64,000 nt of DNA from Macrostomum lignano (GCA_002269645.1 NIVC01000416.1:62001-126000); one strand, 5' to 3'; counted from the first letter of the stretch, positions 38,766-53,028 are shown. Program-made: numbers and translations. Notes: generated by a model from the letters alone, not told the origin.

Positions 38766-39859
38766 TTATCCGTAAGGTCACTATCTCTAGATCTGATCTG
38801 AGTGACACAGTCATTCAATAACTATGTCAGTTAAATTCACAGGTACAGGTACTCGTAATTTATCACTGTTTTTTATTTGAAACCGTAATTTTAATTGTGT
38901 ATTGCAGCTGTTTATAATTTTGTTTTGACACCGATAATTTGAAACAATTAGATCTGTTTACGTCATTCTTTTAGAGCTGCAGATATTCTGTTTCGTAATA
39001 TCCTATAATACCTATATACTAAAATCATATCTATAATTTATTGTTTCAGGACGTTAACCAGTTGAATTTTTGAAAAATGTTTTAAGTCATAAAGACCCAT
39101 TTCACACTACTACCCAATGAGTAGTAAAATTTAGTAGTAAATTCTCATATAGCTTCGACGTTATAAAAAGAATCACAAAATTTAGTGGTTTTGTGTCAGT
39201 GTAAATTCTATTTAAGCAGCTATTGTTGTCTGTTTTTATGTCTTTGCTGTGATTTGCGTCTTGGCAACTGTCTATTAACGTAGCAAATTGTCTTTTTTCT
39301 TTTTGTTCAAATGAAGAAACTTTTTTTCCTCGTCTAAGGTTGATTTACAATTTTGAAGTTATCGTTATTGTTTCTTGTTTGTTCTCAGTCAAAAAGTAAT
39401 TGGCTGTTTCGAATTTGAACTTTTTGTTAATGTTTTAATAGCAAAATCAGAGACAAAAGAAAATCGTATTATGATTCAAATGTTTAGCTGCAGATGAATA
39501 AATAAAAAATAAATAAAATCATTGACCTGCTTGTTCTTTTACATTTTATATTATTCTCCCAGCTAAGATTTAACTTTGGCGTTATTTTAAAAAACATCCA
39601 TGACTTTCCTATTATCACTTATCTATTTAAATGGCTTGCTTAATAATAACTATTGTTCCTAATCTTATGTATTTATATGATAAAACAAGCTCGAATTATC
39701 AAAAATAACCTAATATTTAACTACGTGACGTGGTATTGAACTTTTTCAATTTACTGTTTTCTCGTATAATTTAACAATATAAAATCTTCTCTGGCTACCG
39801 TTTAAATTTGTATTTTTCGTTTTTCTTCGTTCCTTTTTGCACTTGCTTCTTAGTTAGAT

Positions 39860-40070
39860 TAGTTAGTTCTTTAATTAGTTAGTTAGTCAGTTACTTAGTG
39901 ATGTAGTTGGTTAGTGAGTGAGTGAGTCAGTTAGTTAGTTAGTTAGTTAGTCAGTCAGTTAGTTAGTTAGTTAGTTAGTCAGTCAGTTAGTTAGTTAGTT
40001 AGTTAGTCAGTCAGTTAGTTAGTTAGTTAGTCAGTTAGTTAGTTAGTTCGTTAGTTAGTTCGTTGTTAGT
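39860..40070. repeat. (TTAG/TCAG)n microsatellite
   Basis: Direct inspection. Confidence 0.9.
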
Positions 40071-40999
40071 TGTTTGATTGATTGTTTGTTTATTTGTTTG
40101 TCTTGCTTGTTTGTTTGCTGGATACCGTAAACGAGCTAAAGAAAATAAAGTCTGACTTTGCGCTCTTGCTGTCTTCCATTATCTTCTGTCATCAAAAGAA
40201 ACGAAACGGGAATAATTATGGATTGAGAAGTGTATATTTTTTACTAAATATATGCGTATGAGTGCAAATTTGTGTACACGTTCGCGAATTGAGAGAATTG
40301 TGCTGGGAGCTATTTGCAACAAGTATACAAAGACAGCGATAAGCTTGGCAAAAAATAGTTACCGCAGTGATGAAGGGGTAGCAGAGTGCTACTGCAACGT
40401 GTAGGTAGTTCACGTGACGCAAAAACGACTGTGATTATAGAATCCTGTTTTCATGTAAGTGAAATTAATTATGAGTTGTTAAAAGCAGAGAGAACCATAT
40501 TAGTAGTTCAAGTAATGGGGCGGGCGCATTTTTTTTCTTGGAAATCCGCCATTAAAATGTTGCATGTGATTTATGTTGATAAGTTAAATCTCAATTTGAT
40601 TAATTACTTTCTGCAAAAGTAAGACACAGAATGGCCCACCGTCAACAGTTATTAGTACAAAAGCGAATACAACTATCGTATTAATATTCTAACAAAGTGT
40701 TCCGAAAATTCCAGTAAACAAAATCAAAAGATTATCACAAAGAAGATCCAATAGAGTCTATGCTTTGATGAAAATTATCGACATTGGAAAACTATACTTC
40801 TTCTAAAAGCAATATATGCTACACAATTATCTCAAAAAACTTCTCTCGACAATACAGAGGGCACAGCTCTAAGGACGCCAGTGTTGGAAAAATAACGAGA
40901 ACATAAGTTACTTACTTCAGTCTTATTTAATGAAAATCAATTGGTGATCGTTCTAGAGTAGCTAGCTAGTCCTTGAGCAAGTTTAAAGCTAACTCAGCC

Positions 41000-43900
41000 T
41001 CACTCCTGTAGGCCGCCCTGCTCTCGAATCCTGGCCGTGTGCAAGTCGATGGCCTCGAACACTTCCGTAGCTGTGCGAAGCAGCTTCGGGCCGCTGCGTT
41101 TTGGCGATCGTTTTGGCAGCGACGGCGCGCTCTGCTGCCGGCTGAAACTGCCGCGTTTGAGTTGCACTTTGGGCCGTTCGCCTAGCAGCTGCATGATGCC
41201 GTCAACTGTGCTGAACAGCTTGCGTTCGAATACCTCCATGCGGCTACAATGGGTTTTTGCGCGTCCAGGTTTTTCGTATATTTTTGTTAGAATAGCTTGG
41301 AACAAAAATGAATTTCTCGATTTTATTACGTAAGAACGTATTTTTCGTATTGCCAGTGCATTTAGTACTAATTGGCTCTAATAGAGAACCCATAGCTCTA
41401 AATGGGGTTTCGACATTGACAAATTCGATGTCGAAAAATCATAATAAATGCACTAGCGATTATAGAACAAAGATACATTCCTTAACGGCCCCAGCTAGCT
41501 CATCCTAGTCAAGGGTCAGTTGTCCATCATGCCCAGGACCTTAACTGTAAAAACACAAGTTCTAAGTTCTCAAAAGTTCACATGCGTTCGTAATGATGTT
41601 CTAATGTTTATGAACTTTAGTACTTTTTTCCTTTCTTTTTTAAGCCTAGTGTGAAACTTTATTTCATTTTTTGCACACATTTTTTAAAATGTTGAGTTTG
41701 TATCGAAAAATTAAAACCACTGGTTTTTCTGGTGCGAAACATCTTCCAGACATAGACGATTAACGTATACTACATGTAGCTGTGACGACAAAGACCCATC
41801 ACAATCAAACAGTATCGCTTAGTGTCTTTAATTCCTAAAGTTGATTAATAGCTTGTCGTAAATTTTCAATCCATGAGACAAAGAATCAATGTTAACAGAT
41901 GCTCAAAAACATGCACTTTTATGAGTACCGAGAAACTTGTAACCTATCAGAATTCCGATTTGTGATCTTCTATGTGTATGTTTGTCCCAAAAGTGTTCTC
42001 TCAACAACTTACGTGTTCAGATTGTCCACCCGGTGCGTGATGTGCTCAACGGACCGGTCGCCGCCTCCGACGCCGCCACCAGCGCTGCCCGAATGTCCGG
42101 CCCCCTTCCACTTCGACAGGCTGACGGCCAGGGCGCTGAAGCTTTTCTGCAAGTGTGCCGAACTGCTGCTGGCGTTCAAATAGGCGCTGCTGACCTCAGA
42201 GACTTGACGAGTAACGGCGGGCGTGTCTGTCGTAAGTTTGAAAAAATGATTTGCTAGGCTTACACCAACGGCTCGTGCAGGGGGCAGAGCAGCTCAGTGG
42301 GCAAACCGTCTACTGACTCTCGGGCAACGGCCACTTTTTCATTGGGGGCTTGTGCACGAAAAACTGGCCAGTAGGGGGGTTGTCGTGCAATTCACTCCCG
42401 CGAGGGCCAACCTCAAGGCACAGACAGTGTACATGCCTGGCGATTAGAAGGCCAGGGCCGCTTTACACCCTGTGATCGTGTGTGAGTGCGAGTGCGAGTG
42501 GAACGAGATGTCACCCGAAGACGTTGCGTCAGGGTGCTCACAACTCTCTGGTATTTATCTAAAACTGTTCATATTTGGCAACAAAGACTCACTTGGCGCG
42601 GACGACGCGTTACTTCTAGACTTTGTCTGCAGAAGCGGCTTTTTCTGTCGAATAAACCTCAAAGTCTCGTCGTCCATTGAGCAGGCCAGTGCCTGCTGGT
42701 CGGACTCGGTCAGGTTGAAAGTGACCTTGAAGTTCTGCTTAAATATCGGCGCCCATTCGTTGTAGACGTTTAAAATCTCTTTGAGATCTCCGACGCTGAT
42801 CTTGTTGAGATCGACGTAGCTTAACGCTCTGCACGTGTACATCGACTGTCCAACGTGCCCCTGCACCGCCCGTATCGCTTCGTCGCCAAAGATGTCGTCG
42901 CGGCCTAGCACGGCCATCACTGTGTCATCCTTGGAGATTTCCACTGAGCCGCGAACCACGAAGAAGATGTTCTCTAGGATGTCACCCGGATGTACAAGAG
43001 TGTCACCTGCGATCGAGGCGAGACGTTGCCTTGTTGATGAAAATAAATAACAATGAAAACTCTACTTTAAGTAGCAATGTTTGAATTTAAAGTCAAAAAC
43101 ATACCAGGCGGAACGTGTGTTGTATGAAACTTCATGCTAAACGCTCTCAGACAGCCAGGACTCGCGCCCTTGAACGCCGGACAATTGTTCAGCAGATTTC
43201 GGTTCATGTGCAAGCAAATGTCAGCCTGTAGGCATTCTGGGAAAGTTTTCAGCACAACATTTGTGTCCAAACCGTTGGTGTAGGTCCAGGAATTCTGCAG
43301 TTTTTTGTTTCAGATGTAGTTCATGAGACAATTAATTATTTGGTTACTTTACAATGATACCTAACGTTTAGAGCTCCATAACAAAATGGCAACTACAGTT
43401 ACCTGAAAGCTCTCCTGCAGCCTGTGCGCCAGATTCTTTGGTATCTTGTGAAACTTGATAAACTCCTTGATGCTCGTCTTCTTCTCGTGGAACTCCTCCG
43501 AGCCCTGGTAGATTCGCAGCATGATGCTGCTGACATTGCCGAATATTGCTGCGGACATCAGCGAGCCGATCAGCATGCCCAGAATTGTGAAGATCTTCTC
43601 GGCGTTCGTGTTCGGACTCACATTGCCGAAACCGATGCTGGTTAGACAGGTGAAAGTGAAGTACAACGCCGTGATGTACTTGCTCTGGATGTCTGGACCG
43701 CCAGTCACTATACCGGTTGTGGAGTTTTCTATAAACGGCTTGTTGAACGTCTTTGCCAGATGATCTAACCAGCCAACCTAAGGGGGTGTTGGACTGTAGT
43801 TCGTAGGACATAATGGTTTCAAAAACTGAACACGCATTTAAACTTGAAATGGTAGTTAGACTACTTCTGTCATGCAGACTTTTATGTGTTCGGCAACCCT

Positions 43901-46900
43901 CCACTATCAATTTGTGTCTGTTGATAGCCTACTAACGAGTAGTAAGAAAAGAATGCAATGCGAATCTGTAACAGATTCTGGAAGACGAGAAGTTATAATA
44001 GTTACAAAGACACTTTAAAGTATCACTTTGAATCAAGTACATAGCACGTTGGCATAGACGAGGTAGAGGGCAAGGAGGTCCATGCCCCCCATTTCCTCGA
44101 AAGGTACATGGCGCCTCTTTCTCAGCAGCTTTGGCGTCCCTACTTTGAGCACAATACGTATTATTAAACATTCCAAGCCACTAATACAGCTAGCTCACCT
44201 TTGCTGGCAAGCCGTCCCGTTCAACATAGGCGATCGCGTAGAAGATGCAGGCAAACCAGTGCGCCACCAGGGTGAACGTGGCCATCAGCAGCAGCATGAC
44301 GGCGGCTCCGTACTCGCTGTACTGATCAATTCGGCGAGCAACTCGGAGTAGGCGAAGCAAGCGGGCAGTTTTGAGCACCCCAGTGATGGTCATGGTGTCC
44401 GCGGCGCCGCCGCTGCCGAACAGAAGCAGGTCGAACGGGATTGCCGCGATTGCGTCAAGTAGAAACCAGCCTGCACAATGTTGTTTGAGGAAAGTTACGG
44501 AAAGGTCTGGGGATTTGTTTGTTTAAGCGCGGTTTAAAAATTCTGAGTAGCTTTATTTTTGTTTCTTTTTTGCACAGAGGCGACGCAGAGGCGACAGTCG
44601 AACGCCAGCGAGGTGTCAACCACTCGCTACTTCAAATAAGATCGTGTTTAATAACTATGAGGAAAGGCATATTTTAATCAGCCCTTGCACCTGTTCATTC
44701 GCTAAAGGAATCCAATATGTAAACATTTTTTCTAGCTTGCATCGTGGCAATTGATCTCAGCAGATGTTTTCAATCGACGTAGTTAGCTAAAAAATTCATA
44801 GAAAAAATCGCAATCTAATGCATGCATTGATAACCGAGTGTCACGCATCTTGAGCTGTTCTCATTTTGGGATACTGATTAAGCCTTTAATTGCGTTTATC
44901 GCTTGCTCTTGGCTCTGTCTTTGCTAGACTATATGGCATACATTTCAATTAGCTGTTGTTTCGCCTCAGGCAGAGGGAAAATTGCTTCAATTTGCTTCTC
45001 TTTTGCGTGACAAAAATTTGAATGAGCAGCCTTCAGTCAGGGCAAACAGGTTTGGAAGATCAATAGCAGACAGTCTCTAATGACCATCTATGCAAAAGTA
45101 TCGGAAATTGCATCGAGATTAAAAAATATTCAGTTTAGTTCCCAATTCTCGTATTTTTTCTCTGTGGTGTTCTAGTTTTTTTCTTGATGTTGATGCTACC
45201 ATGACCCTCTGCTCACTTCAGGATGCTCCTTGAGCCAATCCCAGTAAAGCATATCGCTTCTTTGGGGCGTTCAACGATGCTACTCATCTACGTTGCCTCC
45301 CACACCTGCATCCTGCTATCCTCCTGCAACCCGATCCTGCGCCTGTAGCCAGCCAACTTCAACGAGTGCCCCGTTCTCATTCCGAATTCCTCAGTCTCAT
45401 TTTCTCATCTCCTAAGGCCCTTCCAGATCCTGTTATATACCTGTGATAGTCAGCGAGTTTCTCCCTCAACAAAAAACAGCCTGTGCATTAATTTTCCGCT
45501 TTTGTTGTCTGTCGCCAGAACCGCCTTCCTCCATCCACCTTTCCCTGTTACCGACCAGCCACTCCACTTGCTCTGCTTATCGCGTACCGCGGTGCCCGTT
45601 GCAATGCTTCATCCATAACAGTGCTGTAGTTGGCGTAGCACTAAGCGAGAATCTACCCGAGACAGTTTCAGATGAATTTACCTGGTAAAACGCGTTTAAC
45701 CGTAAATTCGGCAAGGGTTCGAGTTAGGAAGTAAATCAATTGTCATTTAGCTTGGGACGATGTCGCCGAAGGCATTGCTCGAGGAGTGCCCACAGCCCTT
45801 GTGCAATTAATTTTTGTTATAAATGTTTTCTACCTAGAGAGCAGAATCTCAACTTTCTCAGCGAAGTAGCTAACCGAATAAATAATTGAAGAGATCCCCT
45901 GGAGTTGATTGAGAAGCAAAGAAAAAATATCTGAAGAAGTTAGAAAACAAGCCTGCCTGCCCACAGGGCGAGCTGGGAGAAACTTTCGGAGCGTGTCAAT
46001 TAAGCCAGCGCGAGCTTCAGCTCTTAATTTGAGATCGGGAATCGCCGGGCTAGGCTTATACAAACAAGCGCCGGCCTCACCCTGCTCCGTGACCCGATAC
46101 TAATCCTTAGGCGAAAAAGATCGACTTGCTCAAAGCGCTGAGATCTCGGAGTGCGAGCGTGTGTGTTCCAGCTTGATGCTCTTAAGGCCATCTTTGCAGC
46201 GGCCATTTCACTGTAATTGACTTCTTTTACGGACTTTTACCCCAGGCTACATGCATGTACACAGTATCTCAAATACTTTGTTGACGTTAAAATAGGCATC
46301 TTGCTTAAGCTGGCATGTAGTTTCATGGACAGCTGAAGTACAAAGACGCGACAATCGAATTTCTTAGAAGTGAGCTGGACTCCGGTTGCTATTGCTATAG
46401 AGAAAGCAGGTTTTATCGACAGAATTTGTCTATGGCAAAAACCCCATTCAGCACTGTACGTTCTCTAATGCACACTAAATGCACTATCGATGTGAAAAAT
46501 ATCGTTCTTTATTAGCCTGCAGCTCCCTTCGTACTTCATTTGTCAATACTTAATTAAGCATTCTAGGTGAGAATCTGACGACGTCGTAAATTTTAATTTT
46601 AATTAGGCACCGAGGTGATAATTGAACGACATAAATGACTATCATACCTTTCATATAGTTGAGCGCAATCTTCTGCGGATCGCTGATCACTTCGCCGTTG
46701 TGCACGTAGGTGGTGCGAAAGTTGATTAAAATATCAGCTATGAAGGTGACGTCAACAATCAGATCGATTATCACCAGGGGGTCGGGGTGGTTGGACTGCG
46801 ATGCGCTCGACCTGGTCTTTGAGTCCTGAGGAGCGAGTTAAAAATATTAATTTATAAAAAAAGTCGCTAACAGAGTTAGCAGGAACTTAAATTCCCTTCG

Positions 46901-49900
46901 CATCTCTCAATAATTCTCAGGCTCCCAACCTCATTAAGCTTCATCTTGGTCTTGTCCTCATTGAGCAGAAATGCGGCAGTGTAGGGCGTGAAAACCGCGG
47001 TGTACAGCACCAGCATCAGGATGACCCAGTCCCACACAGCTTTGAATGGCGAGTAGTGCAGGATGACGAATCTGAAATTGAATTGGCGGGCTAAATTGTA
47101 ACAAATCTATTTACGCTCGTATAGCTCATAAATTCAACACAATATAGCAAATGGACCCTTCAGGGGCGTCAGTGTGTATGAGAAGAATCTCTTTCCTGTA
47201 CAACTTTGCTTTGCTTAAATTTGTCAGTGCTTCCGGCGGATCAATTGTGCCGCTGTTCGAACGACAACTCCCGCCCCATTTCCCAGTGCCGATGCGTGTT
47301 AATCCGTCTTTCCTTCTGGGTGAGGATTAGCACGATTAACGCGCGCGTCCCGCTTCAATCACGAAAATGAACAACTCTTCTCATTTCTGTCTCTGCGCCT
47401 TCGCCTAGTTTGCTTGTCATTATCGATGCGAGCTGTTATATTTAGGATAGAGGCTGTTGGATTGATTCTGGGCGCAAATTTGAAGCACGCTTTTAAATCA
47501 CCACCACTGTATTCTAAGTGTATACAAATGTGTACAAATCGTTAGTCAATGGCCTAATGAGCACGTGTGCAACCGACAGCTCAGCCGCAGCGATTGCGCG
47601 GCGCATCTGAAGGCTGCGTACGGCTGTTCAGTCCAAGGACTGGGGGGTCGCCACACACACCCTCAATTACCCCAGCTAATGCTGGCACCCATTTTACAGC
47701 TGGGTGAACTGAAGCAATGCAGAATTGAAGTGTCTTGCTCAAAGACACAAATTGTTCCGAGAAGGATCGGGAATCGAACTCCCGACCTTCAATTCGTGAG
47801 TCCGACGCTCTAGCCACTAGGTTACAAACCCCTTAGAGCTTGGAAGTGTGTAAGTTCAGCTTTTTAAGGATAAAGAATCCCCAGCATTTTAATGGTTCAA
47901 TATTGAAATGTTACACGAGATTGTGAATAGGGAACTCACTTTGGGAAAGTTTGTCTGGCCTGGTACTGCGCCTGAGCCAGCACATTCTCCTGGTCCTCCA
48001 TCTCCATCTGCGAGCCGGGGCCGCCACCAGACAGAGGCTCGACTTCGCTTTGCTCAGCCGAGTAATCTGAGGATTCGCTGCCAGCTTCTTCTTCAAGAAT
48101 CTGCTGTTGCTGTTGCTGTTGATGCTGCTGCTGCTGCTGCTGCTGCTGCAGGAACATGCTTGAGTGATGCTCTGCACCTATACTGTCTGATAGGCTTCTG
48201 TAGTGGATAAAGTATAAATTCTTTTGATGCATCATGGCTTCATGATTTCTATTGTAGTAAGATTGAGTTTTCAGGCGCAAGTGAATTCAGTGTAACTAAG
48301 TTTCAGCTGCTTATAACTTACCAAAGCTGTCTCATAGAAATTGAGCACACTATTGAGGTTAAACAGAAAAGCAACCCCTAAACTGCCGTTTCTTGCAGAA
48401 GAGTGGCGAGGCGACTTCAGTCTTAAGCTCCGTTGATGTGTTGCCGCTAAACCTTTTATACAGTCCGCCACCCTTAAGTGCTGAGAAGTTACCCTTGGGT
48501 CCTTTGGTATAATCCCGCTATTCTAATATTAACAAAAATCATATTACTGTAACTGCAGAAGCGTTTTGTATCGCATGACAACTCCCAGACTACAAGATAC
48601 TTTAATGCAGTTGAACCAGGGGGTCTTGAAGCGAGAGTTGGACGCATTTACCACTGAGCTGCCCTGTCCTTCCGCTACTCTTGGGTCCTTTGATGGTTTT
48701 CTATTTATAGAAAACTACTCAGCAGATCTGTAGATTCTGATAAATCATTATCAGTCTCATATTGCATGAGCGCAAATTAATTATTGACAATTGATACGGA
48801 TGCGATAGTGAATCAATATGGGTACTTGCTTTATCAGTCTGTTTAGGGTCGCCATTAGACAGGAAGCAGAGGCTTGGTCATGTTCTTAAAAGCTTTTTTC
48901 TTACAAAAGAAACCGAGCGAGACATTTTCATAAGGAAATTTGAGAAAAAAATTGATGAAACGTTTAAATCTCAACCGAACTACGTGTGCGTGGTGACTGA
49001 AGCGGGTTTATTCTCTTTAGCTTTCGTTGAGTTCTCTCGCAATTGAATAATTTAGTATTGGCCAAAGGTAAAATGACCCACGGTACTGAGACAGTTGGCT
49101 ATATTCACTATACTGCCCTTAAAGTCTCTTTACATACGGATCTCTAATGATTTAAACTGATGTACATTACTACCCCGGTTTGTCTACTTTAGGCTTGCAC
49201 AGTTGATGTCAGGAATTAAAGCTGGTCGGTGTCAGTAAGTGTCAGAGTTGGTCAGTGTCAGGATCATCAGAGTTGGTCGGTGTCAGGAAGTGTCAGATTT
49301 GGTCAGTGTCAGGAAGTGTCAGATTTGGTCAGTGTCAGGATCATCAGAGTTGGTCGGTGTCAGGATCATCAGAGTTGGTCAGTGTCAGGAAGTGTCAGAT
49401 TTGGTCAGTGTCAGGAAGTGTCAGAGTTGGTCAGTGTCAGGAAGTGTCAGATTTGGTCAGTGTCAGGATCATCAGAGTTGGTCAGTGTCAGGATCATCAG
49501 AGTTGGTCAGTGTCAGGATCATCAGAGTTGGTCAGTGTCAGGATCATCAGAGTTGGTCAGTGTCAGGATCATCAGATTTGGTCGGTGTCAGGAAGTGTCA
49601 GAGTTGGTCAGTGTCAGGATCATCAGAGTTGGTCGGTGTCAGGAAGTGTCAGATTTTGTCGGTGTCAGGAAGTGTTTCATCAGATTTGGTCGGTGTCAGG
49701 AAGTGTCAGAGTTGGTCAGTGTCAGGATCATCAGAGTTGGTCGGTGTTAGGAAGTGTCAGATTTTGTCGGTGTCAGGAAGTGTTTCATCAGAGTTGGTCA
49801 GTGTCAGGATCATCAGAGTTGGTCAGTGTCAGGATCATCAGAGTTGGTCAGTGTCAGGAATGTCAGTGCTAAGACACTGAAATCATCCTAAATACAGGGC

Positions 49901-50330
49901 CGAATACTCGGATACTCAAACGAAATTAGAAAATGCTAGTGCTCACCGGTCGAGATCAATGACTCCGCTGCTGCTGCTCTGACTTCTGAGGGTGCCGACT
50001 GCTCCGGCCGCGCCTCTCCGACTGGCCATCGGGATGCCGCCGCCGCTACTGCCGACTCCGCTGCCGCTGCTCGCAGTCCGAAGCATCAGCACTTTGCTGC
50101 CTTTGTGCACCAGAGTGGCTGGAGTGCCACCAGCTTCGGCTGGGTGCAGCACGACTCCGGGCGTGACGTAGGCGTCAGCTGATACTGTAGACAGGTGGCG
50201 GTGCAGCTGGTGCTGCGGATGCTGCAGATGATGCTGCTGGGCGCTACTAGAAGAAGAACCAGAAGCAAATGCGGCGCTCTTCTGGGGCAGCGGGCTGCCA
50301 ACCCAGCCGGGGTTCTCCATGCGGCCGGCT
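41000..50330 (-). CDS. KCNH2: ERG-type (KCNH2/6/7, seizure-like) voltage-gated K+ channel. Exons 50330-49947, 48197-47940, 47071-46930, 46825-46648, 44470-44199, 43777-43403, 43294-43105, 43006-42593, 42226-42013, 41243-41000
   Basis: S1 [14 protein letters not shown]4 [15 protein letters not shown], linker YSEYGAA, pore [14 protein letters not shown]-linker [26 protein letters not shown]|DTLVHPGD...RGSVEI and a C-terminal coiled coil. All nine introns are GT-AG with consistent phases. The symbol denotes the ERG subfamily, not strict orthology. Confidence 0.93.
45190..45440 (-). mobile_element. Possible CR1/L2-like LINE 3' remnant
   Basis: The minus frame YNRIWKG...MRTGHSLKL resembles the TRGHSLKL motif of CR1-clade ORF2 ends. 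It contains stops, and the evidence is weak. Confidence 0.25.
47565..47831 (-). mobile_element. tRNA-derived CORE-type SINE, copy 2 (ERG intron)
   Basis: Near-identical reverse complement of 35196-35450; the tail is truncated. Confidence 0.8.
49222..49870. repeat. 25/26-bp minisatellite (gttggtcagtgtcaggatcatcaga) in an ERG intron
   Basis: Direct inspection. Confidence 0.95.
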
Positions 50331-50378
50331 CTGTAGAGGGACGTTGAGAGAGGAAATATTCTTTAGAATGCCAGCTCA

Positions 50379-50680
50379 GATAATAATAATAATAATTGAT
50401 TACAGATGTGCAGATGTGCAACCGACAGCTCAGCCGCAGCTATTGCGCGGCGCATCTGAAGGCTGCGTACGGCTGTTCAGTCCAAGGACTGGGGGGTCGC
50501 CACACACACCCTCAATTACCTCAGCTAATGCTGGCACCCATTTTACAGCTGGGTGAACTGAAGCAATGCAGAATTGAAGTGTCTTGCTCAAAGACATAAA
50601 CTGTTCCAGTGAAATCGGGAATCGAACCTCCGACCTTCCAGTCGTGAGTCCGACGCTTTAACCACTAGGCTACAGCCCCT
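50379..50680 (-). mobile_element. tRNA-derived CORE-type SINE, copy 3 (ERG intron)
   Basis: Near-identical to copies 1 and 2, with an (att)n tail at 50379-50395. Confidence 0.8.
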
Positions 50681-50884
50681 CCATCTCAGAACTTCCTAAA
50701 CAATCTCGTGCACGAAGCTATGCATGTAACTCTGAACTGAGGACTGGAAAAGATAAAGAGAGGCCCATGATTTTCGCTAATTACATAGCTATATATATAA
50801 TAGTAGTAGTTACACGCATTTAGTCAGTCGCAGATGGCCAGCAAGCATGCCAATTTTGATTGTACTTTGTTGTCGGTTCTCCAA

Positions 50885-51245
50885 CTTAGGTTTCTAGGAA
50901 TGCCACTTCCACAGTGTTGTGGCTTCCGATGGGGAATCGAACTCGGGTTTCACAGTGTTGTGGCTTCAGATGGGAAATCGAAGTCGGGTTTCCAGGAATG
51001 CCACTTCCCCAGTGTTGTGGCTTCAGATGGGGAATCGAACTCAGGTTTCACAGTGTTGTGGCTTCAGATGGGGAATCGAACTCAGGTTTCACAGTGTTGT
51101 GGCTTCAGATGGGGAATCGAAACTCAGGTTTCTAGGAATGCCACTTCCACAGTGTTTTGGCTTCAGATGGGGAATCGAACTCAGGTTTCTAGGAATGCCA
51201 CTTCCACAGTGTTGTGGCTTCAGATGGGGAATCGAACTCAGGTTC
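50885..51245 (-). repeat. 41/56-bp tandem array, each unit carrying a tRNA T-arm/B-box (GAGTTCGATTCCCC)
   Basis: Seven copies of ggggaatcgaactc or close variants on the plus strand. Confidence 0.8.
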
Positions 51246-51834
51246 TCTCGCAACAGAAGGTTGTCAATGAACTTTCCGATAGTTAGGCTCCATTGTCCCG
51301 AGATCCAATTTGACTGTATTAGCCAAACTGCCGTTAAAGAAACAGCCAGAAATTGAGTGACGCCAACGACAAATCCTTCTAAACCGTAGCGAACTCTGAG
51401 AGGCTTGTCAATTTAATTTTCTCTTGTACGCCACGGCAACGTGGAGGTTAGCAGGCGGACTTGAGTGGCGAATCCGATTTTCGTTGAAGTGGGGAGGACA
51501 GAGAATGAGGCATGAGGGAGATTGAGTCTGCGAGCGTCATCAACGAGCAGAAAGAGGCTGGCAGACATTCATGGCATCCATGGCTGACAAGCGGCCATCA
51601 AAGCGATAATTCAATACACCCAGAATACTGCATAGAGGGAATGGCTATTGAGCCACTTCTCACGCCGTACCCGTTTCTCTATCCTATTTCTATCTCTAAA
51701 TATCCTCTCGTTTCTGTGTTGCCTGCAGTCAATAGCTGCGGAGAATGTAGTGCTGTGCCTCCCCCGCCCCACCTATCCGTGGGCGCGTGTACTTCAACAT
51801 TTGCTTTGAAATTTCCAATTATTGCAGTTCAAGC

Positions 51835-52820
51835 AGACAGGGAAGAGAAGACAGGGGAGAGTAGACAAAGGTGAGTAGACACGGGAGAGTTGACAGGGGA
51901 GAGTAGACAGGGAAGAGTAGACAGGGGAGAGTAGACAGGGGAGAGTAGACAGGGGAGAGTAGACAGTGGAGAGTAGACAGTGGAGAGTAGACGGGAGAGA
52001 GTAGACAGGGCAGGGGAGAGTAGACAGGGCAGGGGAGAGTAGACAGGGGGAGAAGACAGGGCAGAGAAGACAGGGGAGAGTAGACAGGGGAGAGAAGACA
52101 GGGGAGAGTAGACAGGGGAGAGTAGACAGGAGAGAGTAGACAGGGGAGAGTAGACAGGAGAGAGTAGACAGGGGGAGAAGACAGGGCAGAGAAGACAGGG
52201 GAGAGTAGACAGGGAAGAGTAGACAGGGGAGAGTAGACAGGGGAGAGTAGACAGTGGAGAGTAGACAGTGGAGAGTAGACGGGAGAGAGTAGACAGTGGA
52301 GAGTAGACAGTGGAGAGTAGACGGGAGAGAGTAGACAGGGCAGGGGAGAGTAGACAGGGGAGAAGACAGGGCAGAGAAGACAGGGGAGAGTAGACAGGGG
52401 AGAGAAGACAGGGGAGAGTAGACAGGGAAGAGTAGACAGGGGAGAGTAGACAGGGGAGAGTAGACAGTGGAGAGTAGACAGTGGAGAGTAGACGGGAGAG
52501 AGAAGACAGGGGAGAGTAGACAGGGAAGAGTAGACAGGGGAGAGTAGACAGGAGAGAGTAGACAGGGGAGAGTAGACAGGAGAGAGTAGACAGGGGAGAA
52601 GACAGGGCAGAGAAGACAGGGGAGAGTAGACAGGGGAGAGTAGACAGGGGAGAGTAGACAGGGCAGAGAAGACAGGGGAGAGTAGACAGGGGAGAGTAGA
52701 CACGGGATAGTAGACAGGGAAGAGTAGACACGGGAGAGTAGACAGGGCAGAGAAGACAGGGGAGAGTAGACAGGGGAGAGAAGACAGGGGAGAGTAGACA
52801 GGAGAGAGTAGACAGGGTAG
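51835..52820. repeat. ~14-bp repeat (gagagtagacaggg)
   Basis: Direct inspection. Confidence 0.95.
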
Positions 52821-53028
52821 ATTAGACATTGTCAAACGAATGCTAAGCAGTTGCAGTGGGAAAATAGGCATATGAGACACGCAGACAGACCATAACAATA
52901 GTTTCAGCGGCCTACCTTAGCCATAGTGGTTTATTTGCAGTTCAGTGAGGCTTGGTGCACGCTTAAAATGTGAGTCTTTAAAGCCCTGGTGAATTTGGTC
53001 TATTGAGCAGGGTAACAATATCAGTTAC

